From an uncultured cyanobacterium (GTDB taxonomy: Bacteria; Cyanobacteriota; Cyanobacteriia; Cyanobacteriales; CAWCAG01): DNA of 64,000 bases. The position numbers and the translations under genes are program-made. A model generated the notes under the pieces. That model searched no databases, had not been told where the DNA came from, and saw nothing but the letters and a program-made list of their open reading frames with translations. Each line of letters starts with the position of its first letter. Position 1 is the stretch's first letter. The DNA is taken from contig CAWCAG010000005.1 of assembly GCA_963793425.1 (NCBI GenBank), forward strand, positions 576,001 through 640,000, written 5' to 3'. Shown here piece after piece: positions 10,717 through 20,500 of the stretch.

Positions 10717-11214
10717 TTACCCACCAATCAAAACCGTTGGACAGCATCCTACAATTTTGTTTGGTGGCCCTACAGCTTCTAAAATTGTATCCCCCAAACG
10801 GGCAGCAGGTAAGCCATTAATTAATACAGTTTTACTGCCATCAATAACTACTCCAGGGCCATGGGGAGGTATGGGCAAAGGAGTACTACAAACATGGACA
10901 TCTGATAAACCAGCACTGCTACTAATCAGGCTTCCCATAGTTGCAGCAGCCGTTGCTTTGGCTGTTTCCTCTGCTACTTTGGCTGCTGGGGACCCAGGAG
11001 TTCCTGCGGCTGCAACAGTAGCAGATTCAGCGGTTTTAATAGCAGCATCAGAGGTTTTTTTTGCAGATTGCAAAGCGCCAGCCACCGCAGCAGGTACGCC
11101 TCGCCAAGCTGGTAGTCCTCCAATAAAAACGTTAACACTACCTGGGCCTCCCGTTAATACAGGGGGCAAGGGATGAGTGACAGCATCGGTTATTCTAGCA
11201 GCAGGTTTAGACAT
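10717..11214 (-). CDS. PAAR domain protein
   Basis: Motifs KPAARITD, GLPAWRG, GLPAARLGD; metal-ligand-type H/C residues. Confidence 0.9.
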   Translation of the reverse strand: MSKPAARITDAVTHPLPPVLTGGPGSVNVFIGGLPAWRGVPAAVAGALQSAKKTSDAAIKTAESATVAAAGTPGSPAAKVAEETAKATAAATMGSLISSSAGLSDVHVCSTPLPIPPHGPGVVIDGSKTVLINGLPAARLGDTILEAVGPPNKIVGCCPTVLIGG

Positions 11215-11268
11215 TGATCATTTATGATTTGACATTTATCAATCCTACAATACTTGGCTCTTTTCCAT

Positions 11269-11670
11269 TTATTCAGCCCAGTTTTCCAGAGATAGATTGG
11301 CAATGCGGGAAAACTCTCGCACGTTATTACTGACGAGCGTAACTTCAAGACTCAAAGCATGGGCAGCAATCAGCATATCCATTGCGCCAATGACAAGCCC
11401 TCGACTTTCCAAATCGCTTCTAATTAAGCCATCGATAGTTGCTGCCGCTTGATCAAACTCGACAATTTCTAAAGAGATTAAAAATTGCCTCAAAGCATTA
11501 CGGTTTTTCTGTTGCTGTATACTCTTACAAACGCCATATTCTAATTCCGCTACGGTGATAGAGGAAATGCCAATATCTGATATAGCAAGATTTGAGAATC
11601 GCGCCAATACTTGGGGAGGTTTTTGTTTAATTAGATAAATGCAAATGTTGGTATCGAGCAGGTATAGCAT
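11269..11670 (-). CDS. vapC: VapC PIN-domain toxin
   Basis: YLLDTNICI, ITVAELEYG, DMLIAAHA, VSNN.REF. Confidence 0.93.
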   Translation of the reverse strand: MLYLLDTNICIYLIKQKPPQVLARFSNLAISDIGISSITVAELEYGVCKSIQQQKNRNALRQFLISLEIVEFDQAAATIDGLIRSDLESRGLVIGAMDMLIAAHALSLEVTLVSNNVREFSRIANLSLENWAE

Positions 11671-11898
11671 CTAGAAAGCCTCTCGGACATCAATAGGAGG
11701 TTGCTCTCTAGTTGTCATGAAATCGTCAGAGAATTGCTCTAGGCTTTCAAAAAGAGCTTGCCAAGGATTATCTTTAGCTATGAGAACAATCGCATTGCCC
11801 AGTTTCTTAATATAAACTTCAGTACCTGACATTTTGAAGTCTTCGGGTAATATTACGACTTGATGGTTGCCATCGGTGCTAATTCTGGCTGTATTCAT
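11671..11898 (-). CDS. vapB: VapB antitoxin (AbrB/MazE fold)
   Basis: Abuts vapC; GNHQVVILPEDF ... FSDDFM..REQP. Confidence 0.88.
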   Translation of the reverse strand: MNTARISTDGNHQVVILPEDFKMSGTEVYIKKLGNAIVLIAKDNPWQALFESLEQFSDDFMTTREQPPIDVREAF

Positions 11899-11925
11899 GA
11901 TTTAACTCTTCTGGTTTAATAAGAA

Positions 11926-11964
11926 TTGATCTTCTGTAAGCGAGACTGATTGATCTACTACCTC
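11926..11964 (-). pseudogene. Short relic of an xisI paralog
   Basis: TTGATCTTCTGTAAGCGAGACTGATTGATC nearly matches 13210-13239 inside xisI. Confidence 0.55.
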
Positions 11965-12040
11965 AGCTAATTTGATGCGATCGCTTCTTGTATGGTTGTG
12001 TTTAGATCCAGATGGCTACAAAAATAGAGTACTGGTAGTC

Positions 12041-12622
12041 TCATTCAGGAGTTTCAAAATTTACTTTATCGTAAAGTTCTAATAGGGGTATTGAAAATTC
12101 CACTGAAGTTAATTTTAGCACCGTAGCTTCTCCTTCATAATCATTAAATAGCCATTGCCCCTGCTGGTTTTGGACAAATTGTTCTAAGTGCATCTCTTTT
12201 TGGTTAATGAGGATGTATTCTTTTAAGGTGGGGATAGTGCGATACATCCTAAACTTTTCCCCTCGGTCATACTTTTCTGTGGAATCTGAAAGTACTTCTG
12301 CGATCGCAACAGGATTAACAACTGTATCCCTACGCCCTTGAGCATATTCAAGATTATTGGCAATGATCATTACATCTGGATAAGTATAAACTCTGTAATC
12401 TGGTATCCACAAACGTAGATCATTTATAAAGGCATAATATGGTTTTCCTCGAAAAGCATAATTTAGCCCTGCATAAAGATTGCCTGCAATTCGATTATGA
12501 TTTGGTAGACCACCAGCCATGGGAATGATTTGACCGTCAATATATTCGCTTCGGTACTCAGCAGCAGTTTCTAGCTCTAGATATTCTTCTGGAGTGTAAT
12601 ATTGCTGTTCTTTAGCTTGCAT
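12041..12622 (-). CDS. Uma2 family endonuclease
   Basis: EEYLELE...EYIDG.I.PMAG, YPDV, EVLSDST..YDRGEKF. Confidence 0.93.
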   Translation of the reverse strand: MQAKEQQYYTPEEYLELETAAEYRSEYIDGQIIPMAGGLPNHNRIAGNLYAGLNYAFRGKPYYAFINDLRLWIPDYRVYTYPDVMIIANNLEYAQGRRDTVVNPVAIAEVLSDSTEKYDRGEKFRMYRTIPTLKEYILINQKEMHLEQFVQNQQGQWLFNDYEGEATVLKLTSVEFSIPLLELYDKVNFETPE

Positions 12623-12720
12623 AGTTTTGACCCCTGCTTAACTATACTGCTCCTTATTTAGTTTAACCTGCTAGAGTTAGGAGAAAATATAAATAGCTGC
12701 AAGTAAAATTTCTATGAGTC

Positions 12721-12846
12721 AGGACTTACGCACTAAGCTTCTGTAACCCCCTGTTCCCCGTTCCCCGTTCCCCGTAGCCTAACGGCAAGGCTTACGCCAA
12801 CCCGACGGCTGAAACTACTGATTTCTCCCTTCACTGCGTAAGTCCT
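12721..12846. mobile_element. 126-bp MITE with 12-bp perfect terminal inverted repeats
   Basis: AGGACTTACGCA (12721-12732) / TGCGTAAGTCCT (12835-12846); internal GTTCCCC heptamer repeats. Confidence 0.8.
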
Positions 12847-12983
12847 AGAAGTAACAATTGTAGAAATCCAAAGGATTGGAGAAAAACAGCGTAACAACCT
12901 TTTCTTTAGGGGACAACAGGAGGAATATGGCTACGACAAAGACTTTTGTAGCTCCCGAATTGGATTATGGTCATTTTTGCTCA

Positions 12984-13295
12984 TCAGGATAACAGTTGAG
13001 GCTCTAAGTGAACTACAATATCCTCTTGCTTAATACCGCCAGAAATAAGTGCTTGGGTTAAACTCTCCTCAAAGTTATCTTCTTCGATAATAATTTGCTG
13101 CTCAACCAAACGAGCATGAAACAGAATAGTATCCATCCAGCGTTGCTTATTCCAACCCGTCGCTAAAACGAGAAAGTGGCCAGATTCTAGATCGCAAACG
13201 GGATAAAGTTTGATCTTCTGTAAGCGAGGCTGATTAATCACCGCCTCTTGCACCGTCTTTTTCAAAATGTCTGCATAACTCAATTTTTGATCCAT
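12984..13295 (-). CDS. xisI: XisI family protein (no xisH upstream)
   Basis: MDQKLSY..IL..., D.ESGHFLVL.TGW, IIIEEDNFEE.L...L..GGI..EDIV. Confidence 0.8.
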   Translation of the reverse strand: MDQKLSYADILKKTVQEAVINQPRLQKIKLYPVCDLESGHFLVLATGWNKQRWMDTILFHARLVEQQIIIEEDNFEESLTQALISGGIKQEDIVVHLEPQLLS

Positions 13296-13443
13296 TTGGA
13301 AGGTTAATGATCGCCTATTGAACTCAAACTAAGTATTTTCGTGAAAATCTGACTACAACCTTTATTCTCAAATGCTTGTGAGAATAACCTTTCAAGTCTT
13401 ACATTTAAAGGGTTTGGAGATTGATATTTCAGAAAGAGGTTCA

Positions 13444-14010
13444 TCATTTCGCTTGTTTCTGCCTCAATTTGTTAAAGCACATAGTACAAATATCTCTGTT
13501 TAAATCAGTCTTGAAAAGATCATATTTGTATCCAAGACCACCAGTACTCCACATTTTGCATAATGTATTAAGTCCATCCCAAATATGCGCTTTATACTTT
13601 CGATCTTTTTTACCATAATCACGAACTAAAAATCGATCCCATAAATCGTACTCATCAGCTATTTCCCAATACTGCAAATCTACTTCTCCCACTTCCAATA
13701 TCTTGAAAGCAAAATCCACTGCATCTAGCAGCGTCTTAAATGGGAAATTATGAATGTAACGTCTACTTTCTAGTTCTAATCCGGTGCGATATTCATTATT
13801 GAGTCTTACAGCAAAGACAGGCGTTTTAGATGATAAAACTACTTTCATGCCGAATATTTTTGCGATTCCAGAAAACTCACACTTGATGTACCTTATCATT
13901 GTGCTGCACCTGCTGCAAATATCTCAGCCATCACGGTATGCACTTGAATTCATGTAGTGTCCCATCTGTCCGTCACACATTAGGCAACCTGACAAATACG
14001 TATCTTTTAA
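13444..14010 (-). pseudogene. Cys-rich hypothetical gene truncated by IS1, with an in-frame TGA
   Basis: The 151-aa ORF (13444-13899) extends in frame up to the IS1 end: LKDTYLSGCLMCDGQMGHYMNSSAYRDG*DICSRCST-MIR, with TGA at 13924-13926. Confidence 0.65.
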
Positions 14011-14050
14011 GGCGTTGCATAATAGAGGGATGAACTCAAGCTAAATCTTT

Positions 14051-14428
14051 ATGCAGTGTCCTGAATGTAACTCGACTCATATTCGTAAAAATGGAAAGAG
14101 ACGAGGTAAACAAAATCATATTTGTGTTGATTGCGATGCCTACGGCGGGCTTTGCCTACGCCAATTTGTTGAAAATCGTGAAACCAATAGAGGCTACAGC
14201 GACGAAAGAAAAAGAGAATGTCTCAAAATGTATGTCAACGGTATGGGCTTTCGAGGAATAGAAAGAGTCAAAGGGGTACATCATACGACGATAATAACCT
14301 GGGTCAAGCAAGTCGGAGAACTGCTGCCAGATGCCTATTCTCCAGAAACAATACCTGAAGTTGGCGAATTGGATGAACTTGAAACATTTGTTGGCTCAAA
14401 AAAGCGGTGCGACCCCGCGTCGGCGTAA
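14051..14428 (+). CDS. IS1 InsA (zinc ribbon + HTH) carrying a 7-aa insertion
   Basis: MQCPECNS...GKQNHICVDC; GMGFRGIERVKGVHHTT. Confidence 0.85.
   Translation: MQCPECNSTHIRKNGKRRGKQNHICVDCDAYGGLCLRQFVENRETNRGYSDERKRECLKMYVNGMGFRGIERVKGVHHTTIITWVKQVGELLPDAYSPETIPEVGELDELETFVGSKKRCDPASA
14138..14158 (+). repeat. 21-nt small dispersed repeat inserted into a HIP1 site
   Basis: GCGAT[GCCTACGGCGGGCTTTGCCTA]CGC; removing it restores GCGATCGC and the reading CDRQF. Confidence 0.85.
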
Positions 14429-14825
14429 GACGCAAGGGAACGCGCACCAAGACAACAAAATCTGGCTCTGGACAGCAGTCAATCACTTCCAAAGAGGCAT
14501 TTTAGGTTGGGTATTGGGAGACCATAGTGCTGAAACTTTTAAACCTTTATGGGCAATTGTAAGTCTAGGGCGATGTTATTTCTATGTCACCGATGGTTGG
14601 AGTGTTTATCCTCAGTTTATTCGAGAAGGAGACCAAATTATCTCTAAAACCTACATGACACGAGTAGAAGGTGAAAATACTCGATTGAGACACTATTTAG
14701 CTCGCTTGCATCGTAAGACCTTATGTTATTCCAAGTCAGTAGAAATGCTCAAGCATTCTATCCGATTGCTAATTCACTATCTCAAATTCTGGGATGTTCC
14801 CATTCCTACTTCATTCATCCCTTAA
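14331..14825 (+). pseudogene. IS1 InsB DDE portion, out of the normal frame relative to InsA
   Basis: KIWLWTAV, YVTDGW..Y, MTRVEGENTRLRHYLARLHRKTLCYSKS; lies in the +1 frame relative to insA. Confidence 0.8.
14404..14453 (+). repeat. ~50-nt hairpin mini-element (family B), copy 1
   Basis: GCGGTGCGACCCCGCGTCGGCGTAAGACGCAAGGGAACGCGCACC; near-identical inverted copy at 32795-32839. Confidence 0.85.
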
Positions 14826-14845
14826 TTCAGCAACGCCAGATATCT

Positions 14846-14900
14846 CATACCAAATCTTGCCCTTGTTGCATGACTTATTTGTTAGGGTAGGGAGTAGGGT
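14846..14900 (+). repeat. Family A repeat end
   Basis: CATACCAAATC...ATGACTTATTTGTTAGGGTAGGGAGTAGGG. Confidence 0.6.
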
Positions 14901-15065
14901 ATCTCAAGGGCGGAGACGTTTACAAGTTCGCGTCAGTGTTTCTGAAAGAAAAAGAAAAAGAAAAAGAAAACGCGAAGCGTTGCCGTAGGCTACAGGATTT
15001 GAGAACTTTATTCCTTGATTTGATCAAGGTACTTTATAATAGCGTTTCTTATTTGCTCTTAAATA

Positions 15066-16298
15066 ATGTTAAAAACCCCTTCAGAATGGCTGCGTGGAAA
15101 ACGCATTTTATTAGGAATAGGCGGTGGTATAGCCGCTTATAAAGTTTGCACATTAATTTCTCAACTTTTCCAAGCTGGGGCAGAAGTAAGGGTAGTATTA
15201 ACCTCAGCAGCAGAAGAATTTGTTACTCCTTTAACAGCATCTACTCTGAGTCGCCATCGTGCTTATCGTGATGAAGATTTTTGGCAACCTTTATATGAAC
15301 GCCCTTTACATATTGAATTAGGAGAATGGGCAGAAATTATTTTAATTGCCCCCTTAACGGCTAACACTTTGGCTAAGTTAAATTATGGTTTGGCAGATAA
15401 TCTTTTAACTAATATTATTCTCGCTTCTACTTGCCCTATCCTCCTCGCCCCAGCTATGAATACAGAAATGTGGGAACAGGCGACGGTACAGCGCAACTGG
15501 CAACAATTAACCCAAGAAAAACGTTACCTTAGTCTTAGTCCTAACTCTGGATTACTAGCCTGCGATCGCGTCGGTGCAGGTAGAATGGCAGAGCCAGAAG
15601 AAATATTCACGGCGATACAATGTTTATTACCTAAAGGCAAAAGAGATTTAGTCGGAAAATCTATTCTGATTAGCGCTGGAGGTACAAGGGAATATCTAGA
15701 TCCTGTACGTTTTTTGGGCAACCCTTCCACAGGTAAAATGGGGCTAGCATTAGCACAAGCTGCTTTCTATCGTGGGGCAGAAGTTACCTTAGTACATGGC
15801 CCCATGGGACAAGAATTACTAACTCATTTGCCTCAGCAAGTACAGACTGTAGCTGTGGTGAGTGCAGAAGATATGCAAACAGCCATGTTAGCTGCTTTTC
15901 AACAAGCAGATTGGATAGTGATGGCAGCAGCAGTGGCAGACGTTAAACCAGCCGACTATAGTTCAGAAAAGTTGCCTAAAAAAGCTTTACCTAGCAGCTT
16001 ACCCTTAAATCCTGTACCAGATATTGTGGCAGAGTTAGGGCAACAGAAAAAACCTCAACAAAAGTTAATTGGTTTCGCTGCACAAACAGGAGATATTGTT
16101 ACCCCAGCTTGGGAAAAGTTACAGAAAAAGAAACTTGATGTGATTGTGGCTAACCCAATAGATAAACCCGAAGCAGGTTTCGCCGGCGATGCAAACCAAG
16201 GCATGATCCTTACTGCGGAGGGGAAAAAGCAAACCATCCCCCTTTGTTCTAAGTTGGCTTTAGCTTGTCAGCTTTGGAATTTTCTTTTAGATGTATAA
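15066..16298 (+). CDS. coaBC: Bifunctional phosphopantothenoylcysteine decarboxylase / phosphopantothenate-cysteine ligase
   Basis: [51 protein letters not shown]. Confidence 0.96.
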   Translation: MLKTPSEWLRGKRILLGIGGGIAAYKVCTLISQLFQAGAEVRVVLTSAAEEFVTPLTASTLSRHRAYRDEDFWQPLYERPLHIELGEWAEIILIAPLTANTLAKLNYGLADNLLTNIILASTCPILLAPAMNTEMWEQATVQRNWQQLTQEKRYLSLSPNSGLLACDRVGAGRMAEPEEIFTAIQCLLPKGKRDLVGKSILISAGGTREYLDPVRFLGNPSTGKMGLALAQAAFYRGAEVTLVHGPMGQELLTHLPQQVQTVAVVSAEDMQTAMLAAFQQADWIVMAAAVADVKPADYSSEKLPKKALPSSLPLNPVPDIVAELGQQKKPQQKLIGFAAQTGDIVTPAWEKLQKKKLDVIVANPIDKPEAGFAGDANQGMILTAEGKKQTIPLCSKLALACQLWNFLLDV

Positions 16299-16374
16299 AG
16301 TAAAAAGTGAGGTTTATGAGTACCGACAAAATGTAAAATTAATGGCAAGGTTTAGGCTCATTTACACAATCAAC

Positions 16375-17367
16375 ATGAAAAAGTACAACGTCTATGGAAT
16401 TGGTAACGCTTTAGCAGACAAAGAATTTAAAATCACTGCTGAACTATTACAGAAATTGAATATTGATAAAGGCGTAATGACTTTAGTAGATGAACAACGC
16501 CAGCAAGAAATCTTGGAACAGTTAAAAGACTATTCTTCTCAAATTGCTTGTGGTGGCTCAGCAGCTAATACAATAGTTGCTATTAGTCAAATGGGGGGCC
16601 AAACTTTCTATTCTTGTAAAATTGCTAACGATGCCACTGGTTCCGCCTATTTAGAAGATATCCTCAACTGTGGTGTAGATACCAATTCAACCTTAGATAA
16701 TCGACCAGAAGGCATCACAGGAACTTGTTTGGTTTTTGTTACCCCAGATGCTGATCGCACCATGAACACGTTTTTAGGCATCACTGCCGACCTCTCAATA
16801 GATGAATTAGTACCAGAGGCGATCGCAGATTCTCAATACATTTATATTGAAGGTTATTTAGTTAGTTCTCCTATCGGTAAAGCTACAGCCATTAAAGCCA
16901 AAGAAATTGCTGAACAAGCTGGGGTGAAAACTTCCCTTTCTTTATCTGACCCTAACATGGTGGAATTTTTCAAACCAGGACTTTTAGAGATGATTGGTTC
17001 TGGGGTTGATTTTCTTTTTGCTAATGAAGCAGAAGCGTTGAAGATGGCCGACACTAAAGAAATTAAAACTGCTATTGAGTTTTTAAAAACCATTGCCCAA
17101 GGTTTTGCTATTACCCTTGGTGCTGAAGGTTCACTTATTTTTGATGGAGAAAAAACTATCACCATTCCTGCTCATGAAGTTACAGCCGTTGATACCGTTG
17201 GTGCAGGAGATATGTATGCTGGGGCAATGCTTTATGGTATTACCCAAGGAAAGAATTTTACTCAAGCAGGTAATTTAGCTTCAATCGCTTCAGCTAAAGT
17301 TGTTACAAGTTACGGCCCACGTTTGGAAACAGGGGTAGTACAGGAGTTGCTAATTGCTAACGGTTAG
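16375..17367 (+). CDS. PfkB-family (adenosine-type) kinase
   Basis: GIGNALAD, GGSAANT, NEAEA, DTVGAGD; ATG at 16375 preferred over the track start 16291. Confidence 0.9.
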   Translation: MKKYNVYGIGNALADKEFKITAELLQKLNIDKGVMTLVDEQRQQEILEQLKDYSSQIACGGSAANTIVAISQMGGQTFYSCKIANDATGSAYLEDILNCGVDTNSTLDNRPEGITGTCLVFVTPDADRTMNTFLGITADLSIDELVPEAIADSQYIYIEGYLVSSPIGKATAIKAKEIAEQAGVKTSLSLSDPNMVEFFKPGLLEMIGSGVDFLFANEAEALKMADTKEIKTAIEFLKTIAQGFAITLGAEGSLIFDGEKTITIPAHEVTAVDTVGAGDMYAGAMLYGITQGKNFTQAGNLASIASAKVVTSYGPRLETGVVQELLIANG

Positions 17368-17504
17368 TTGCTATTTGCTATTTGCTTGTGAGGACGGGTT
17401 TATTTATCTTTGTAGGTGAGGATCAACTCTGCTCCACGTTACAACCAACTACTTAAAGGGCATACTAACCTTCAGAAAGTTAATATGCCCGAAGGTTAGT
17501 CAAG

Positions 17505-20500
17505 ATGAATTCAGCTATAGATTTTGAGAACAGACTTGTTGGCTATCGTCTAGCTGAGCAGTTATACAATAGCTCTATAACTATTGTTTATCGGGCAATT
17601 CGAGTAGAAGATGAGCATCCTGTCGTCGTCAAATTTTTGAAGCGAGATTATCCCAATTTTCAGGAACTGCTGCAATTCCGTAACCAGTATACTATTACTA
17701 AAAATCTTGATCTACCTGGGGTTATTAAAACCTATGCTTTGGAATATTGTGGCAATAGCTACGCTTTGATAGTAGAAGATTTTGGCGGTATTTCTCTCAA
17801 AGAGTATACCAAGACTCATTCCCTACAACTTGATGAGTTTTTAGCGATCGCTCTACAACTATCTGAAAGCCTTAATGGACTTTATCACAATTGCATTATT
17901 CACAAAGATATCAAACCAGCGAATATTCTTATTCACCCAGAAACGAAGCAAGTAAAATTAATTGACTTTAGTATTGCTTCTTTGCTGCCCAAAGAAAGCC
18001 AAGAAATCAGCAATCCCAACGTCCTGGAAGGAACATTAGCTTACATTTCCCCGGAACAAACCGGGCGAATGAACCGGGGAATTGATTACCGCACTGATTT
18101 CTACTCCTTGGGGGTAACATTCTATGAACTACTAACAGGAAAATTACCCTTCACTTCAAATGAGGTAATGGAATTGGTGCATTGTCATTTGGCTAAAACG
18201 GCAGAGCCGTTTGGGAGCAGGGAGTGGGCAGCAGGGAGTAGTGATATTCCTGAAGTGGTTGAGGATATTGTCATGAAGCTGATGGCAAAGAATGCAGAAG
18301 AGCGCTATCAGAGTGCTTTGGGGTTGAAGTATGACTTAGAACAATGCTTGTCTCAATGGCAGGAAACGGGAACAGTTGAGCCATTTGAGTTGGGACAGAG
18401 GGATATTGGCGATCGCTTCACCATCCCAGAAAAACTCTATGGACGGGAAGCCGAAGTACAAACCCTACTGGATGCCTTTGAGCGTGTGGCCCAAGGAGCC
18501 ACAGAAATGATGCTAGTTGCGGGCTTCTCTGGCATTGGCAAAACCGTAGTCGTCAATGAAGTTCACAAACCCATTGTTAAACAACGGGGCTACTTTATCA
18601 AAGGGAAATTCGACCAATTCAATCGCAACATTCCCTTCTCCGCCTTCGTCCAAGCCTTCCGAGACTTAATGGGGCAATTACTTGGAGAATCAGATACCGA
18701 ATTAGCCAACTGGAAAGCAAAAATCCTGGAAGCAGTGGGGGGAAACGGTCAATTATTCATCGAAGTAATTCCCGAACTAGAACAGATTATCGGCCACCAA
18801 CCCCCGGTAACTGAACTCTCTGGCAGTGCAGCACAAAATCGCTTCAACTTGCTCTTTCAAAAATTTATCACCGTCTTCACCACCCCAACTCATCCCCTCG
18901 TGATGTTTTTGGATGACTTGCAATGGGCAGATGCAGCCTCATTAGGAATTATCAAAATATTGATGGGTAGCAGAAAAACTGGTCATCTCCTTTTGGTAGG
19001 AGCCTATAGAGACAATGAAGTATCTCCTACCCATCCCTTAATCATAAGCTTAGCAGAATTAGAGAAAAATCAAGCTATCATCACCACAATTACCCTCAAA
19101 GCACTAACCCCCCATCAGCTTAATCAACTAGTAGCCGAAACCCTTAGTTGTAGCGAAGCCCTAGCCCAGCCCCTAAGCGAATTAGTCTCTCAAAAAACCC
19201 AAGGCAACCCCTTTTTCACCACTCAGTTTTTAACCAGATTGCATAAAGAGCAACTGCTCACCTTCAACCCAAACTTAGGCTCTTGGCAATGTGATCTCAT
19301 CCCCGTAGTTGATGCAGCCCTAACCGATAATGTAGTTGAATTTATGGCGGCGCGATTGCAGCAATTACCAGAAGCAACCCAGAAAGTCTTAAAATTAGCA
19401 GCCTGTATTGGTAATAAATTCGACCTAGAAACCTTAGCTGTAGTCTGTGAAGAAGCCCAAGAAGAAGTAGCAACCGCTCTGTGGGCTGCGCTGCAAGAAG
19501 GTTTGGTACTACCTGTCACTGAAAGTTATAAATTCTTCCAGGGGGAACGAGTAGACGATCAACCCAATAACAATAATAACAACAAAGTATCAGTTGGCTA
19601 TCGCTTCTTACATGACCGCATTCAACAAGCGGCTTACTCATTAATTCCCGACCAACAAAAAGAAACAACCCACTACCACATCGGACAACTATTACTGCAA
19701 AAGGTCGAACCCCACGCCTCAACTCCAGTAGGGTTATTTGTTTGGCATCGCAAAGCCCACCTCAAAGAAGTACTACCAATACTGCAAGAGGGTTATACAA
19801 ATGCTTTGGAGGTAGGGAACTTAGAGTTTGCTGGTTACAATGCCTATGGTTTTTGCCTTAATTCTTTCTTGTCTGGGCAGCCCTTAGCTAGTTTGGAGCC
19901 GAAGAATCGTAGCTACTGCAAGAGCTTAGTGCAGTTGAATCAATTAGCCTCAGCTAATTACTGTCGAATTTATTGGCAATCAATTTTGAATTTACTAGGT
20001 GCGACGGAGCAGCCGAGTACTTTATCTGGGGAAGCAATGCAAGAGACAGAATTGCTCCCCTTAATGACCTCCGCCCATGATTTGTTTGGAATCTCCTTAT
20101 TCTATTTATACAAACTAATGCTTTGCTACCTGTTTGAGGAGGTTGAATCAGCTCAAAACCAGGCAGTTGAGGTGAGGAGTTATTTAACAGGTCTTGTTGG
20201 CACTGTGGGGGAAGCTGTGTTTTATGTCTATGATTCTTTAACAGCTTTAAGTTTGCCAACAGAGGAAACCTCAGAATTATTGCAGCAGGTGGAACAAAAC
20301 CAAAGGCAACTGCAACAGCAATGGGTACAATATGCTCCCATGAATTACCAGCATAAATTTGATTTAGTAGAAGCGGAGAAGTGCCGAGTTTTAGGAGAGA
20401 AAGTAGAAGCAATTGAGCTATATGATAAAGCTATTGCTGGGGCGAAAAAACACGAATACATCCAAGAAGAAGCTCTAGCAAACGAACTTGCTGCTAAATT

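Larger units (their letters stand above)
14011..14837 (+). mobile_element. IS1-family insertion sequence (probably inactivated)
   Basis: Terminal IRs GGCGTTGCATAATAGAGGGATGAA / rc GGCGTTGCTGAATTAAGGGATGAA (20/24 match); insA/insB ORFs; no target duplication visible. Confidence 0.93.

Noticed and set aside
10694..11176. 160-aa + strand ORF
   Set aside because: Antisense shadow of the PAAR gene.
13924..13926. In-frame TGA as selenocysteine or recoding
   Set aside because: It is outside the CxxC motifs, no SECIS-like hairpin is evident, and the gene is already truncated by IS1.
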